In this document: positions 21,401 through 30,125 of the stretch, one piece after another
Numbering within the stretch: position 1 is the stretch's first letter
Layout of the letters: the number at the start of each line of letters is the position of its first letter
From: an uncultured virus (IMG/VR IMGVR_UViG_3300025168_000062)
Lineage: Duplodnaviria > Heunggongvirae > Uroviricota > Caudoviricetes
Length of the DNA: 64,000 bases
Reading direction: 5' to 3' (one strand)
IMG/VR virus record: IMGVR_UViG_3300025168_000062
Notes under the pieces: model-generated
What the model was told of the DNA's origin: nothing
Seen by the model: the letters and a program-made list of their open reading frames with translations, nothing else
Databases searched by the model: none
Translations under genes and position numbers: made by a program

Positions 21401-22687
21401 GCTCTTACTTCCTTAACAAGTGCTGGTCAAATAACTGCAACAGGATATGGGGCAGGTAATAGTTTTACATCAGGCTCGGGTTCAGTTTTCAATGGTTATT
21501 TATCTGGTCAAGGAATTACCACAGCACATTGGAATGTTGCCGTTGGGTGGTATACTCTAGCGGCGGCTAATAATGGAGGGTCTGGTAACGTAGCAATAGG
21601 TTACTCAGTTCTTCAAGCGGGAACAGGAGCAAGTAATAACGTAGCAATAGGGTATGTAAGTATGCACTCTATGCAGACTGGCGACTACAACGTAGCAGTT
21701 GGAGATATGACTCTTAAATCCACAACAACAGGGCAAAACAATGTAGCGGTTGGAAGGTCGGCACTTCAACAGGGTGATGCAGACCTTTCTAACAATACAG
21801 CGGTAGGTGCTTATGCGGGAACATACTCTAACGGGCATCATAATACATACATAGGTTATCAAACAGGACCGCAGAGCGGCACAACTAACACAGGAACATA
21901 TAACGTAGCAATAGGATTCGGAGCAGGTGATGCACAGACCACAGCAGTTGGGAATGTTGTTGGTGGTAAGAATGCAGGAGGCTCATTAAACACAGGTGGA
22001 TATAACGTAGGATTTGGGTATGAAACTTTAGACTTAGCAACCACAGCACAAGGAAACGTAGCGATAGGTTGGGGCGCGGCAGGTGGAGCAACATACACAG
22101 GCGGGGAAGCAGTTATGATTGGAAGAATGGCGGGTTATGATTTAACAAGTGCTAATCATTCAGTCTTTATTGGTATGTCTGCGGGTGCAAACGTGAATAC
22201 AGGAGACAAAAATATCTGTATAGGATATAACTCTGGAGATAATATCACAAGTGGCTCAAACAACGTAGTAATAGGTAGCGGTGATGTTCCGAGCGCAACA
22301 GGTAGTAATCAATTACTAATAGCATCCGGTGGTGGTTCACCTAAATGGATAACAGGAGATTCGGATGGTAATGTAACACTACCTAATGACTTTAGAGCAT
22401 ATTCCGGTGCTTTGGTAAGTATAGCATCATCCACACAATTAACTGCCGCAGACCACGCAGGTAAATACATTAGAGCATGGGCTAACAACCAAACACTAAC
22501 ACTACCAGCAACACCGGTCGCAGGTGAACAATACATAATAGTAAGTGATACAACAAACACGGTCACGATTGCACCGACCGGAACAGATAATATCAACGGG
22601 GCTAACGCAAGTCAAACAATAACAACTAGGTATCAAGTCAAAACCTTTATAGCGGTCACGTCCGGAGCATGGTTATGTATAGGATGA
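15401..22687 (+). CDS. Giant modular collagen-like fibre protein 2 (2428 aa)
   Basis: Gly-X-Y tracts interrupted by three CBM5/12-like W...Y.DD.V.Y...SYIC...HTS modules, two FGGA.F.Y...TF.RTGD domains and eight AGFGTPT...TAKVFxFxIP repeats; C-terminal N-x-A-x-G beta-roll repeats. Confidence 0.92.
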   Translation: MTATSNKNLISDTQSNRLSVTPATEQLIKDTTSNALFVGDGTTVGGRAVDARPVKNLSTNYTLTREEEGKILLMNSSTSRTITIPPNSAVSFPTNLTRIPFINLGTAALTFTAGTGVTINPVSHSVGQHEGGELVKTSINTWIVLLARAGADGAAGATGSTGPAGPAGPAGPQGNAGPSGGTGPAGSTGPTGPSGADGADGSTGPSGPTGPTGVAGPTGPAGAAGNDGGTGPTGATGPTGATGSAGPAGNTGPTGPAGADGPTGSAGSTGPTGLTGPAGPTGSQGPAGADGNDGGTGPTGAQGSTGPAGAAGPTGSQGPTGATGPTGNFGGATFKYNILLGNTADSDPGAGKIKFNDTTQNGASHLYIDDTDIQGTDIQTFLRTIDDSTSAVKGHIKISDWDDSADFILYQISALAEDNGWFDVSVSPIDSSENSPFTTGEEVALTFTRTGDKGDIGNTGPTGSQGPQGPTGGSGPTGPSGPSGPTGAAGPTGADGPAGSTGPAGAQGIQGATGANGPAGPTGPTGSTGGTGPTGPSGPAGPTGAKGLTFEGNWQSSTAYAIDDLVYYSVNGQSYICIQTHTSSGSIIPTTAPYWNIIVQAGSDGSDGSDGAAGPTGPAGSTGPAGAAGPTGPTGSTGQTGPSGPAGSDGSDGATGSTGPAGPTGPTGPTGVAGPTGNTGSQGSKGMLWRDAWATGTVYSVDDTVFYSGTSYICNQQHTSSGSILPTNGSYWDEVASKGDTGPTGSAGPTGPTGASGGTGPTGAAGAQGSTGPSGPTGPTGSAGPTGGAGPTGPTGPTGPAGADGNDGGAGATGPTGAAGSTGPSGSTGPTGPTGPQGIQGNTGTTGATGPAGSFGGASFQYDYNNTTTMSDPGAGNVRLNQSVQSTSTKIAIDDKDINSEDISSFLQTIDDSTSTIKGHVKITKKADHGEYLIFTISSLTDHSGWMEINVACVGSTNGTVFTVGDDIIVTFARTGDAGATGPTGPTGPAGPTGSQGATGPSGSTGPTGPAGSDGNDGGTGPTGPSGPAGADSTVAGPTGPAGAAGPTGPTGAAGSTGPTGANGPAGPTGAGGADGNDGATGPTGLTGPSGPTGPQGATGSAGSDGSAGPTGPTGSQGSAGAAAGFGTPTISSGPLAINPSGPDTAKIFGFVIPPGATGPTGPQGSTGPTGPTGPAGASGDAGSTGPTGPSGGTGPTGPTGATGSVGPTGNTGAAGSDGNTGPSGAAAGFGSPTVSTGNAGTNASIGSSGPDTAKVFAFTIPRGNTGATGAQGPTGPTGGTGPTGPTGPSGPSGADGDDGNDGATGPTGLTGPAGGTGSTGNTGPTGPTGPTGPTGPTGPDGDDGSDGNTGPTGASAGFGTPTASTGPIGISASGPSTAKVFAFTIPAGATGPAGPAGSTGGTGSQGPTGPTGPTGPAGPTGPAGSTGPEGLVWEGNWATSTSYQVDDAVYYATDESSYICIQAHTSSGSILPTNTSYWSVLASAGDTGPTGPAGPTGPTGPTGPAGSTGPAGPTGADGDDGGTGPTGPAAGFGTPTASTGPISISSSGPNTAKVFAFSIPAGATGSTGPTGPTGPTGPAGSNGSDGNDGGTGPTGPTGPTGPAGSDGSDGSTGSTGNTGPTGPTGPAGGTGPTGPTGPTGNTGSAAGFGTPTVSTGVAGSNASISSSGPNTAKVFGFTIPRGNTGATGPTGPTGGTGNTGPTGNTGPTGPTGPTGPDGDDGTDGGTGPQGTAAGFGTPTVSTGSAGSNASISSSGPNTAKVFAFTIPRGNTGATGAAGNNGNDGNDGAAAGFGTPTVSTGNAGTNASISSSGPNTAKVFAFTIPRGATGASGGAGPAGASAGFGTPTVASGPLAIASSGPDTAKVFGFTIPPGATGPTGPTGPTGPTGPTGPTGPVGPTGPDGDDGSDGSDGATGPTGPTGPTGPTGGQGTQGNTGPTGPSGVAGGLDDLTDAKVTNNSIWIGHQTTGSLNNASDNLGVGVGALDAIQSGDRNVALGRNALTSLTSAGQITATGYGAGNSFTSGSGSVFNGYLSGQGITTAHWNVAVGWYTLAAANNGGSGNVAIGYSVLQAGTGASNNVAIGYVSMHSMQTGDYNVAVGDMTLKSTTTGQNNVAVGRSALQQGDADLSNNTAVGAYAGTYSNGHHNTYIGYQTGPQSGTTNTGTYNVAIGFGAGDAQTTAVGNVVGGKNAGGSLNTGGYNVGFGYETLDLATTAQGNVAIGWGAAGGATYTGGEAVMIGRMAGYDLTSANHSVFIGMSAGANVNTGDKNICIGYNSGDNITSGSNNVVIGSGDVPSATGSNQLLIASGGGSPKWITGDSDGNVTLPNDFRAYSGALVSIASSTQLTAADHAGKYIRAWANNQTLTLPATPVAGEQYIIVSDTTNTVTIAPTGTDNINGANASQTITTRYQVKTFIAVTSGAWLCIG

Positions 22688-22693
22688 GTAAAG

Positions 22694-22975
22694 ATGACAT
22701 TAGTAATAGAATATGAAACGCCCTTTGGAATAACCTGCTCGAGTGCAGTATGTGTAATAAAGGATGTTGTTTGCAGAAAAGATGATAATTATAGAGTAAT
22801 ATACACAGGTAAAGTATATGCAGATGCTACTGCATATAGTGGTGAAAAAGGAGCAATAGGAGCATTTCATGGGGATTTTGCATTAGACATAACAAATGAA
22901 ACTGACCAAACTAACTTAGTAAGACAATGTTATGCAGACCTTAAATTAACTTATCCCGATGGGATAGATGGTTAA
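22694..22975 (+). CDS. Hypothetical protein (possible fibre chaperone)
   Basis: 93 aa directly after the fibre gene. Confidence 0.6.
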   Translation: MTLVIEYETPFGITCSSAVCVIKDVVCRKDDNYRVIYTGKVYADATAYSGEKGAIGAFHGDFALDITNETDQTNLVRQCYADLKLTYPDGIDG

Positions 22976-23549
22976 GATGTATGGTGCGATACTAGCAATA
23001 AGTTCTCAACAAGTTTCGGGTGGTTCTGCACCAACAGGTGTGAGCATAGCATCAGCCCCTAGTAATAATTATGACAATGCTTGTGTTTTTGCAGAAGTGG
23101 TAGACGGTTCAGCACCCGATTGCCATGACTTTTCTCCTTCCGCTTCATTTAATCTTGTTTCCGGCAATCTTGTAGCAAGTAAATCAGTCGATGTTGCCGA
23201 TTTTAGCGGTTTTAATGGTGTCGCCGCCGTTTCGGATATTGAAATAAGAGCATATTGTAGGGCAACAGACGCAACATCATTCCAATGGACTATATCTATT
23301 CATGCCGATACAAGTATCGCAAATGGAACAGTAGCAGTTCAAACTGCGGGTGGAACAGCACAAGACAGCACAGGTCAAGGTAATGATGCGGTAGGTAAAG
23401 TGAGAATGACTTTTGGGGGAAGTAAAGCAGGTTTTACATTTCCTGAAAATGATGATGAGTTAGCAATACAATTAGATTGCACCGCTACTAATTCAAGTGG
23501 TAGCACAAACGCTGTTCCTATTGTGTTTAAGTTTAAGTATTCTTCTTGA
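22968..23549 (+). CDS. Hypothetical beta-rich virion protein
   Basis: 193 aa, Ig-like composition, overlaps upstream gene. Confidence 0.6.
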   Translation: MVKMYGAILAISSQQVSGGSAPTGVSIASAPSNNYDNACVFAEVVDGSAPDCHDFSPSASFNLVSGNLVASKSVDVADFSGFNGVAAVSDIEIRAYCRATDATSFQWTISIHADTSIANGTVAVQTAGGTAQDSTGQGNDAVGKVRMTFGGSKAGFTFPENDDELAIQLDCTATNSSGSTNAVPIVFKFKYSS

Positions 23550-23589
23550 TTACACAACACTTAAAAGGTAAGTCCTCTTCGGTTATATT

Positions 23590-24147
23590 ATGACGCTTGC
23601 TAATTATCCCGATTGGTTATTATGGAGTTCAGCACTTGACGATGAAACTTGCGATAGGCTCATAGAAATATGCAAGAAAAGACCTGTTCAAGAAGCATCA
23701 ACATTTGCGGGTGATAGTGACCACAGAAAGACTGACATAAGATGGATTCCTAATGAGGATGAATGGCAAGAAGTTCACAACATAATGTCGTCATACGCTT
23801 TACAGGCTAACCAAACTTTTGGAGTTTCTTTGACACATTTACCCCCTATTCAGTTCACAGAATATGCAGATGTTGGTCACCATTACGACTACCATCACGA
23901 CATAGATTGGGGCAGACAAGACGGTTCGCATAGAAAAATAAGTATAGTTGTTCAATTAACAGACCCCGAAGATTACGAAGGTGGTGATTTTTCCTTTAAG
24001 CATTTACAGAATCCGAATGAAGATGAAATGAAAGCAAGAGGCTCTATACTATGTTTCATCCCCTACCACTATCATGCAGTTTCGCCTATAACATCGGGTT
24101 CAAGAATTAGCCTTGTAGGGTGGTTTGAAGGACCCCGATGGAGATAA
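23590..24147 (+). CDS. 2OG-Fe(II) oxygenase (prolyl-hydroxylase/PKHD-like)
   Basis: HxD (YHHD), RKISIVVQL, YEGG, distal HAV...R.SLVGW; TATA-like CTTAAAA about 30 nt upstream. Confidence 0.9.
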   Translation: MTLANYPDWLLWSSALDDETCDRLIEICKKRPVQEASTFAGDSDHRKTDIRWIPNEDEWQEVHNIMSSYALQANQTFGVSLTHLPPIQFTEYADVGHHYDYHHDIDWGRQDGSHRKISIVVQLTDPEDYEGGDFSFKHLQNPNEDEMKARGSILCFIPYHYHAVSPITSGSRISLVGWFEGPRWR

Positions 24148-24181
24148 GGTTCATACAAGTATGGGACTATTCCCCTAACTA

Positions 24182-24424
24182 ATGCCTACCGCTTCCGGTC
24201 CTGCTGTTCAAGATTTGCGTTTAGAGAACCTAGAAAAAAGGGTTGAAAAACATGATGAATTAATAGAAAAAATGGGGGATGGTTTAGCATCACTTCATGT
24301 TCAGCAATCTGCTCTTTATGAGACACAGGCAGTTACTAATCAAATACTAAAAGAAGGATTTAAGTTTATGAAAATAGGATTAGCGGCAATAGCCTCGGTT
24401 TATGGCATAGACGGGTTGATGTAA
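24182..24424 (+). CDS. Coiled-coil protein with C-terminal hydrophobic segment (possible lysis protein)
   Basis: RLENLEKRVEKHDE heptads and a hydrophobic tail. Confidence 0.55.
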   Translation: MPTASGPAVQDLRLENLEKRVEKHDELIEKMGDGLASLHVQQSALYETQAVTNQILKEGFKFMKIGLAAIASVYGIDGLM

Positions 24425-24765
24425 TGGAAGGTCCTGAGACTGGATTATTTTTTATATTAGTAGTTGCTTTTTTATTAGTAATTGCCCCACAATCAAGCAT
24501 AGGGTATTATCAAGAAAACGGTAGTATTACTTGTCATAATATAACAGGTGAAGTTATAGAAAAAGAAGCACCTTTTACTTTAATAGTAGAAGTTAGTGAT
24601 GAAGTTTCAGGTGAGCAAAAAATATATGATGTGTATGTTTCACCGGAAGCGTATGCTAATTATTCCATAGGCAGTTCTCATATAGAGGCAATATGCACGA
24701 TTACTGATTACGACTATTACAAAGAAATAATAGACCGGCTATTAGAAAGTGGAATACTAGGATAA
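24424..24765 (+). CDS. Membrane-anchored hypothetical protein
   Basis: N-terminal transmembrane segment LFFILVVAFLLVI. Confidence 0.65.
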   Translation: MEGPETGLFFILVVAFLLVIAPQSSIGYYQENGSITCHNITGEVIEKEAPFTLIVEVSDEVSGEQKIYDVYVSPEAYANYSIGSSHIEAICTITDYDYYKEIIDRLLESGILG

Positions 24766-24847
24766 GATTGAAAATGATGGTATCTAAGGGCTACCTTCAT
24801 ATAGAGATTGGACCTATTCACTATACAGTATAGTATGAGGAAGAGAC

Positions 24848-25246
24848 ATGAGCACGAAGTTTAATGATAAGTTTATCTTAATAATAGGAGCACCAATAGT
24901 TTTAGCATGGGTATTATTTGCCTGTTACGTTATATGGGCGGGAATGCACAATCAAGCAGTTCTTGATAATCTCGATGGTTATACTACACTAATAGCAATC
25001 ATAGGCGGTCCTGCTTTGTTGATTATTAAAGATGCTCTAGATATGTGGAAGCAACAACAGACAGCAGAGATTCAACTGATACCTTTTATCAATGCACATA
25101 ATATGGAATTAGTCTCGCAAAAGAAATCCCATGAACTTCAAATGGATAGGTTCACAGTAACAGGAACTGAGACTATATCCCCTTTGATGCCTTCGTCCGT
25201 GATTAAATCAGATGCAGTCGAAGAAAAGAAAGGTGCTAAGAAATGA
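24848..25246 (+). CDS. Two-TM membrane protein (holin-like candidate)
   Basis: Two hydrophobic helices and a charged C-terminus. Confidence 0.6.
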   Translation: MSTKFNDKFILIIGAPIVLAWVLFACYVIWAGMHNQAVLDNLDGYTTLIAIIGGPALLIIKDALDMWKQQQTAEIQLIPFINAHNMELVSQKKSHELQMDRFTVTGTETISPLMPSSVIKSDAVEEKKGAKK

Positions 25247-25410
25247 GTGCTAGTTTTGGGAAGATAATATATCATCCACCAGAGAAATGTTATGTGAATG
25301 TTTTTATTGAAGAGACAGCACATGGTTATAAAATATTCAAAGATAAGGGAGATTCTAGACCTTTATCTTTCATACCCTTTAGTGCGGTAAAACAAATAGA
25401 ATATAGGTGA
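25243..25410 (+). CDS. Small beta-rich protein (55 aa), possibly Sm/Hfq-like
   Basis: ATGA overlap with upstream stop; ends FIPFSAVKQIEYR. Confidence 0.55.
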   Translation: MSASFGKIIYHPPEKCYVNVFIEETAHGYKIFKDKGDSRPLSFIPFSAVKQIEYR

Positions 25411-25799
25411 ATAAAATGAGTAATAATACAACAGCAGAAGTGTGCTTAAATGCACTTAACGAAACAATAGATTGCGTTCCAATGGAGTCATCATCATTAA
25501 TTGGTGATATAGAAATAATACTTCTAGCGGTAGTTGCCTTAGCAGGTATAGGGTCATTACTGTATAAGAAATATCTAGCCGTAAGTGCAGATGGGAAAAT
25601 AACTCTTGATGAGTTGCTAGATTCCGTTAGTGATGTTAAAGAAGCGGTTGAAGATGCAGAGGCAGAAATACAAAAGATTGAAACGACCCTTGAATCCCAT
25701 AGTGTTGTCGAACTAAAGGAAAAACTAAAGGCGGCCGGACTTTCAGTAAAAGGAAAGAAAGCAGACCTTGTTCAAAGACTAAAGGATGCACAAGAGTGA
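25407..25799 (+). CDS. Membrane protein with EF-hand-like loop and C-terminal SAP domain (start probably 25416)
   Basis: TM helix; ADGKITLDE; SVVELKEKLKAAGLSVKGKKADLVQRL. Confidence 0.8.
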   Translation: MNKMSNNTTAEVCLNALNETIDCVPMESSSLIGDIEIILLAVVALAGIGSLLYKKYLAVSADGKITLDELLDSVSDVKEAVEDAEAEIQKIETTLESHSVVELKEKLKAAGLSVKGKKADLVQRLKDAQE

Positions 25800-25804
25800 G
25801 ATAA

Positions 25805-26332
25805 ATGTATTGTTCTGTTGCTGATGTTGGGTTAAGGCTAGGACTTAATAGTGCTCAACGAGTGCAGGCGAATAGTAAGATTCTTAATCATATTAGAAGG
25901 GCAACCATAGAAATAGACCAAGAGTTCAAGTATTACGGTAGGGCAACACCTTCGCAAGAAATAGGTGAAACTACACTTAGCGGAGCACATACACCTGAAA
26001 GCACGACTGTTGATTTAGCAAGCGGTGCATCTTTTTCATCAGCAGGTAAAGGTAATATTGACGGTGATTCATTCGCATGGACTGGTAAATCCTCTAATCA
26101 ATTAACAGGAGTGACCGGTATTACACTTGACCACGCATCAGGAGTGTCAGTCCAAGAAGGTGAGATGGCTCATGTTCTTAGAGAAATATGTGCTGATTTT
26201 GCCGCATCAATATATCTAGAGGACGAATCAACATTTCAAAGAACCGATGGTGAAGGTATGAGGGCTTCCGTTCTTAGAGAAAGAACAGAATCAACACTAA
26301 CTAGACTTGCACATATCGGCGGTGTTCAGTAA
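25805..26332 (+). CDS. Head-tail adaptor
   Basis: MYCSVADV N-terminus and ATIEID motif typical of adaptor proteins. Confidence 0.7.
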   Translation: MYCSVADVGLRLGLNSAQRVQANSKILNHIRRATIEIDQEFKYYGRATPSQEIGETTLSGAHTPESTTVDLASGASFSSAGKGNIDGDSFAWTGKSSNQLTGVTGITLDHASGVSVQEGEMAHVLREICADFAASIYLEDESTFQRTDGEGMRASVLRERTESTLTRLAHIGGVQ

Positions 26333-27033
26333 TGAGCAAATATACAAAAAGTGTTGGTAAAGATAAAGGCGGTCTGCATTTCAAAATGGTAGCAGATACT
26401 ACTGAAACAAAAAGATATGCAAAAAGAATAAAACAAGAAGGTCCTGCTTCAATTAATAATTTTCTTTTACATATTATGACGGAACAGTTAAAAGAGACAC
26501 AGAAGAAATTAAGAAGTTATAATTACAGCAGTTCCAATAGCAGGGTATGGACTCCTAAAGGAGGAGATATGTCTCCCGATATGTCTATGGAGAAAGCGAC
26601 CGTTAAGATAGCAGAATCTTTAGTAGTCAAGAAAACAAGGGATGGTAATACTGACCAATCTACTGCATCAGTCTCTATGTGGAGCCAAGACCAAGAAAAC
26701 CCTAATAATTTTACAAGTGCGGGTGTTAGAGGTTCAAGAGCAAGAAGCGGAAAAAAATACGCAGGTAAAATAGCACAGTATTACGAAGGTGGGCGCACAC
26801 CTTTCGATGGTGGAGCATTACCAGACCATCCGGGCTTTCCAAAGATAGGATATATGGCTGAGGCTAAAGGCGCGATAGAAGATAAATATATAGATGGGAT
26901 TGATAATCATTTAGAAAATACTATTGGGGTTGATGGGTCAGGTGCTTCGCAAACAGCAAGCATAACGAGTAAAAGACAAGTTACCGACGCAGATATTAAG
27001 ACTGCACTAAAATACGTTTCAAGAGGAAAGTAA
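26332..27033 (+). CDS. Putative neck/tail completion protein
   Basis: Basic protein, AQYYEGG...HPG motif, neck position. Confidence 0.55.
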   Translation: MSKYTKSVGKDKGGLHFKMVADTTETKRYAKRIKQEGPASINNFLLHIMTEQLKETQKKLRSYNYSSSNSRVWTPKGGDMSPDMSMEKATVKIAESLVVKKTRDGNTDQSTASVSMWSQDQENPNNFTSAGVRGSRARSGKKYAGKIAQYYEGGRTPFDGGALPDHPGFPKIGYMAEAKGAIEDKYIDGIDNHLENTIGVDGSGASQTASITSKRQVTDADIKTALKYVSRGK

Positions 27034-27034
27034 T

Positions 27035-28099
27035 ATGAGTATAGCGACAACAAATCAATTTTGGACTAGCCGTAATCACGGTGATGACCCAACAGCAAGT
27101 GATGGTGAAGTTTGGTCTGCATCCGGTTCAGGAATAGCAGATGGTGCTTATTGGAAAATAACATCAAGTGGTTATTATTCGGTCGCTCCTTCAACATCAG
27201 ATGATTTAACAATACTAGCCACAGTATTCTATCCTAATGCGGCAGACATTCCCGCAGACGGAACGACTCTTATGCTACTAAGAAGCGACAGCCACGCCGT
27301 TGAAGTTCAGTCCACAGGATTAGCCACAAGCCTAAAGATAGTGGGAGCAACAACCTCTATTTTTTCAAACTTAGACTTGACAATGATAGAAAACGAGCCT
27401 TATATTACAACGGTTAGACTTACTCTAGATTCTTTAGGTAATGCTAAACTATATGTTCATGAGATTATGGAAGATGATTTTGGAACAGATAGGTCTTTAT
27501 CTGTTGTAGGTTCTTCTGTCGGCACAGGGAGATATATACAATGGGGAAGTAATGATGGAGAAACTAAGTGGGGAACAGTTTACGCAACACATCATGGAGC
27601 ATTTAATCCCGATGAATTATCACAATCAGCATTCTATCAATCAACACTAAACAGATTAGGATTATCTATAAGAGACACACTAAGGAATAGTAAACGAGGA
27701 ACTATAAAAGAAATCCCCGATTCTAGTATTGTCTTTGGTTATGACCTTTCTTCTTCTATGATAATGCGCTTATCCCCCCCAACCATACACGTTCTAACAA
27801 GTGGCTCGGGTTCTGATAACTTTGACACATTAGGAGGAACTAGCATTTATCAAAACCATTTAGCAAACATAATGGTCACAACAAAAGGAACGGATTACAA
27901 AGAAGCCTACCGTTTCGGACTAAGGATAATAGGTGATGTGTTTGATGAATTATTTACTAATACAGGGCTTAATGGTAGCATAGATTCTATCACAGGGTAT
28001 GAGCTCATACTAGATACTAAGGTTGATAATGATGAAATGGTATGTGTTCATCAACTAAGTCTAACATATATGCGAAGAGAGCGAATGACGAAGCGGTAA
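27035..28099 (+). CDS. Putative tail terminator with N-terminal extra domain
   Basis: Immediately before tail tube; C-terminal 150 aa terminator-sized. Confidence 0.5.
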   Translation: MSIATTNQFWTSRNHGDDPTASDGEVWSASGSGIADGAYWKITSSGYYSVAPSTSDDLTILATVFYPNAADIPADGTTLMLLRSDSHAVEVQSTGLATSLKIVGATTSIFSNLDLTMIENEPYITTVRLTLDSLGNAKLYVHEIMEDDFGTDRSLSVVGSSVGTGRYIQWGSNDGETKWGTVYATHHGAFNPDELSQSAFYQSTLNRLGLSIRDTLRNSKRGTIKEIPDSSIVFGYDLSSSMIMRLSPPTIHVLTSGSGSDNFDTLGGTSIYQNHLANIMVTTKGTDYKEAYRFGLRIIGDVFDELFTNTGLNGSIDSITGYELILDTKVDNDEMVCVHQLSLTYMRRERMTKR

Positions 28100-28149
28100 T
28101 ACTAAATAGGTTTTGGCTCGATGAATAGATTACAGCCGAGGTAAATGAT

Positions 28150-29241
28150 ATGGCTAATATGGCAAACAGATTTTTCGCAATTAATACAGAAGCAACATAC
28201 GCAACGCCGATAGTAAGTGCATTAAAATACGGAGAAGTGGATGATGAATCATTCGCACCTAACTTCGATATAATGACAAGAAGTGATATATCACGCTATG
28301 GTCCACGTAAGACAGTAATTGGTATGGAGACTTCTGGTGGAGATGTTTCTTGGGCTATGCTTGGTGATGAGTTTACGAATAAACTTATTGCTAACACATG
28401 GAATAAAGGAACAACAACAGGTAGTTCCGCACCATATACTCATACACTAGAAGAAGATAGTGCTACTTCAGACCAAAAAGCGGCAGTAGCAAACAACATT
28501 TACAAAGGCACTAACTCATTAACAGTTGTGGTTGGTCGCGAAGGCAGAACACACAGATATAAAGGTCAAAGCCTAAACAGCCTAACAATTAGTGCTAATG
28601 TTGGCGAATATGTTATGTGCTCTGCATCTTTCTTAGGATGTGGTGAAGCGGTAGATAGTGCAGGAGGCACTAATGAGTTTATAGTTGCAGATGGTGCAAC
28701 AGGTGGAGCACCGGCAGATACAGTATTCCATGATAATGATGCTTTCCACTTTGAAGGAGCACATATTGCTTTTGAAGGTGGTGCAGAGACTGCGAATGAT
28801 AGAAGCGGATTAGTAAAATCAGTCGAATTAACTTTTAACCTAAATAGAGATACTGATTCAGCAGTTGCTTTAGGTAACAACAGTTATACTAGGGCTCCAG
28901 TTCCGGGAATGAGAGAGATTACAGGAAGTATCGAGTTTAATAGAGCCATGAATGCGGCAGATGTTGCAGATGACGAACCATTCTTTAAGGAATTGGCGGC
29001 AGGCTTAACAGTAGTCGGAACAGCAACCGCACCTGCATTAAGCGTTCAGTATAATGGAGCAACAAACGAAGCCCTTTTGATTGATATTTATTCCCTTCAA
29101 TACGATGCACCCGATTCAACAATTAGCGGAAGAGACAGACAGACTCTAAAAGTTTCCTTTACTGCACTATACAATGAAGCAACAAGTTGTATGTCAAAGG
29201 CAATAATTACGAGCACAAAATCCGCTTCCCCGTTTGCGTGA
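28150..29241 (+). CDS. Tail tube (major tail) protein
   Basis: ExTYAT N-terminus, SVELTFN...REITGSIE pattern; precedes chaperones and tape measure. Confidence 0.8.
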   Translation: MANMANRFFAINTEATYATPIVSALKYGEVDDESFAPNFDIMTRSDISRYGPRKTVIGMETSGGDVSWAMLGDEFTNKLIANTWNKGTTTGSSAPYTHTLEEDSATSDQKAAVANNIYKGTNSLTVVVGREGRTHRYKGQSLNSLTISANVGEYVMCSASFLGCGEAVDSAGGTNEFIVADGATGGAPADTVFHDNDAFHFEGAHIAFEGGAETANDRSGLVKSVELTFNLNRDTDSAVALGNNSYTRAPVPGMREITGSIEFNRAMNAADVADDEPFFKELAAGLTVVGTATAPALSVQYNGATNEALLIDIYSLQYDAPDSTISGRDRQTLKVSFTALYNEATSCMSKAIITSTKSASPFA

Positions 29242-29252
29242 GGTGATTAAGT

Positions 29253-29516
29253 ATGGTAAAGGACTCTAAGCATGATAAACACAACCCTTCTATTAGAGGC
29301 GGTTCAAGAAAGTTTGAAATGGATGAGAAAAAAAGACTATACAAATTATCCGGTGGCAGACCAGCACGATACAATAAACTTATGGCTGATATACAAGCCG
29401 CACAGTTAGCAGAACTAGAAGACCTAAAGAAAGAGGTCGAAGAGAAGGCAAAGGCAGAAGCCAAGCCAAAGAAAAAGAAAAGTAAGAGTGTGAAGAAGGA
29501 TGCCGATAAGAAGTAA
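29253..29516 (+). CDS. Basic hypothetical protein
   Basis: 87 aa; GAGGTGA SD. Confidence 0.65.
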   Translation: MVKDSKHDKHNPSIRGGSRKFEMDEKKRLYKLSGGRPARYNKLMADIQAAQLAELEDLKKEVEEKAKAEAKPKKKKSKSVKKDADKK

Positions 29517-29862
29517 GCAATTTGAATTAACTAACGGAAAAAAAGTTTGGGTTAGACAAGCCTCCGGTATGGAAAAATTACCACTAGAAACAGCACACGC
29601 TAAGGCTCTGCGTAAGTGCAGACACTTTGGAATGGACCCTACTTCATGGACTGACGAACAACAAGATGAGTTTTTCGATATGGTTGAAGAATATGGGGCA
29701 GGTTTAGATTCGCAAATTAGAACACTTATTCCCCTATGTGTAGGAGATTATGAAGATGGAACTCCTTGTAATGTAGATGAATTACTATCAGAAGAGATAG
29801 TGCCGTTGCTTGCTTTTGTTAGAGGTGAAGAGGACGAAGGTGCGGTCCCTTTGGTCAAATGA
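29500..29862 (+). CDS. Tail assembly chaperone (G-like)
   Basis: Between tube and tape measure; ends at a slippery site. Confidence 0.75.
   Translation: MPIRSKQFELTNGKKVWVRQASGMEKLPLETAHAKALRKCRHFGMDPTSWTDEQQDEFFDMVEEYGAGLDSQIRTLIPLCVGDYEDGTPCNVDELLSEEIVPLLAFVRGEEDEGAVPLVK
29847..29853 (+). other. -1 ribosomal frameshift heptamer C CCT TTG
   Basis: X XXY YYZ in frame; the -1 frame reads TTT GGT CAA ATG into ORF 29859. Confidence 0.75.
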
Positions 29863-30125
29863 GTTTTCTATTACCCGCAGTTTGCTCTACATTTAAGGGT
29901 ATGTCGCCCTCAGACTTTGCTGAAAGATGGGGTCACCCTCAAGTAGGAAGGGCTAGAATGGAATTAGATGCTACTATTGCTTCTGAAATAAATGAGCAAT
30001 TAAGTGAAAATTATCAAAAAACTAATGATACTTCTAAAAAGGCCTCGGCCGGTGATGCTAAAGGAGCAGTGGCACGTAGGAATCAACGTAGAGCGGAACG
30101 TAAGAAGCGGAAAGGTGATATTTAA
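29859..30125 (+). CDS. Tail assembly chaperone C-terminal extension (T-like)
   Basis: In the -1 frame relative to the upstream chaperone. Confidence 0.7.
   Translation: MSFLLPAVCSTFKGMSPSDFAERWGHPQVGRARMELDATIASEINEQLSENYQKTNDTSKKASAGDAKGAVARRNQRRAERKKRKGDI

Noticed and set aside
15401..22687. Diversity-generating retroelement suggested by the Mtd-like N-terminus and internal repeats
   Set aside because: No reverse transcriptase and no adenine-specific template/variable repeat pair seen
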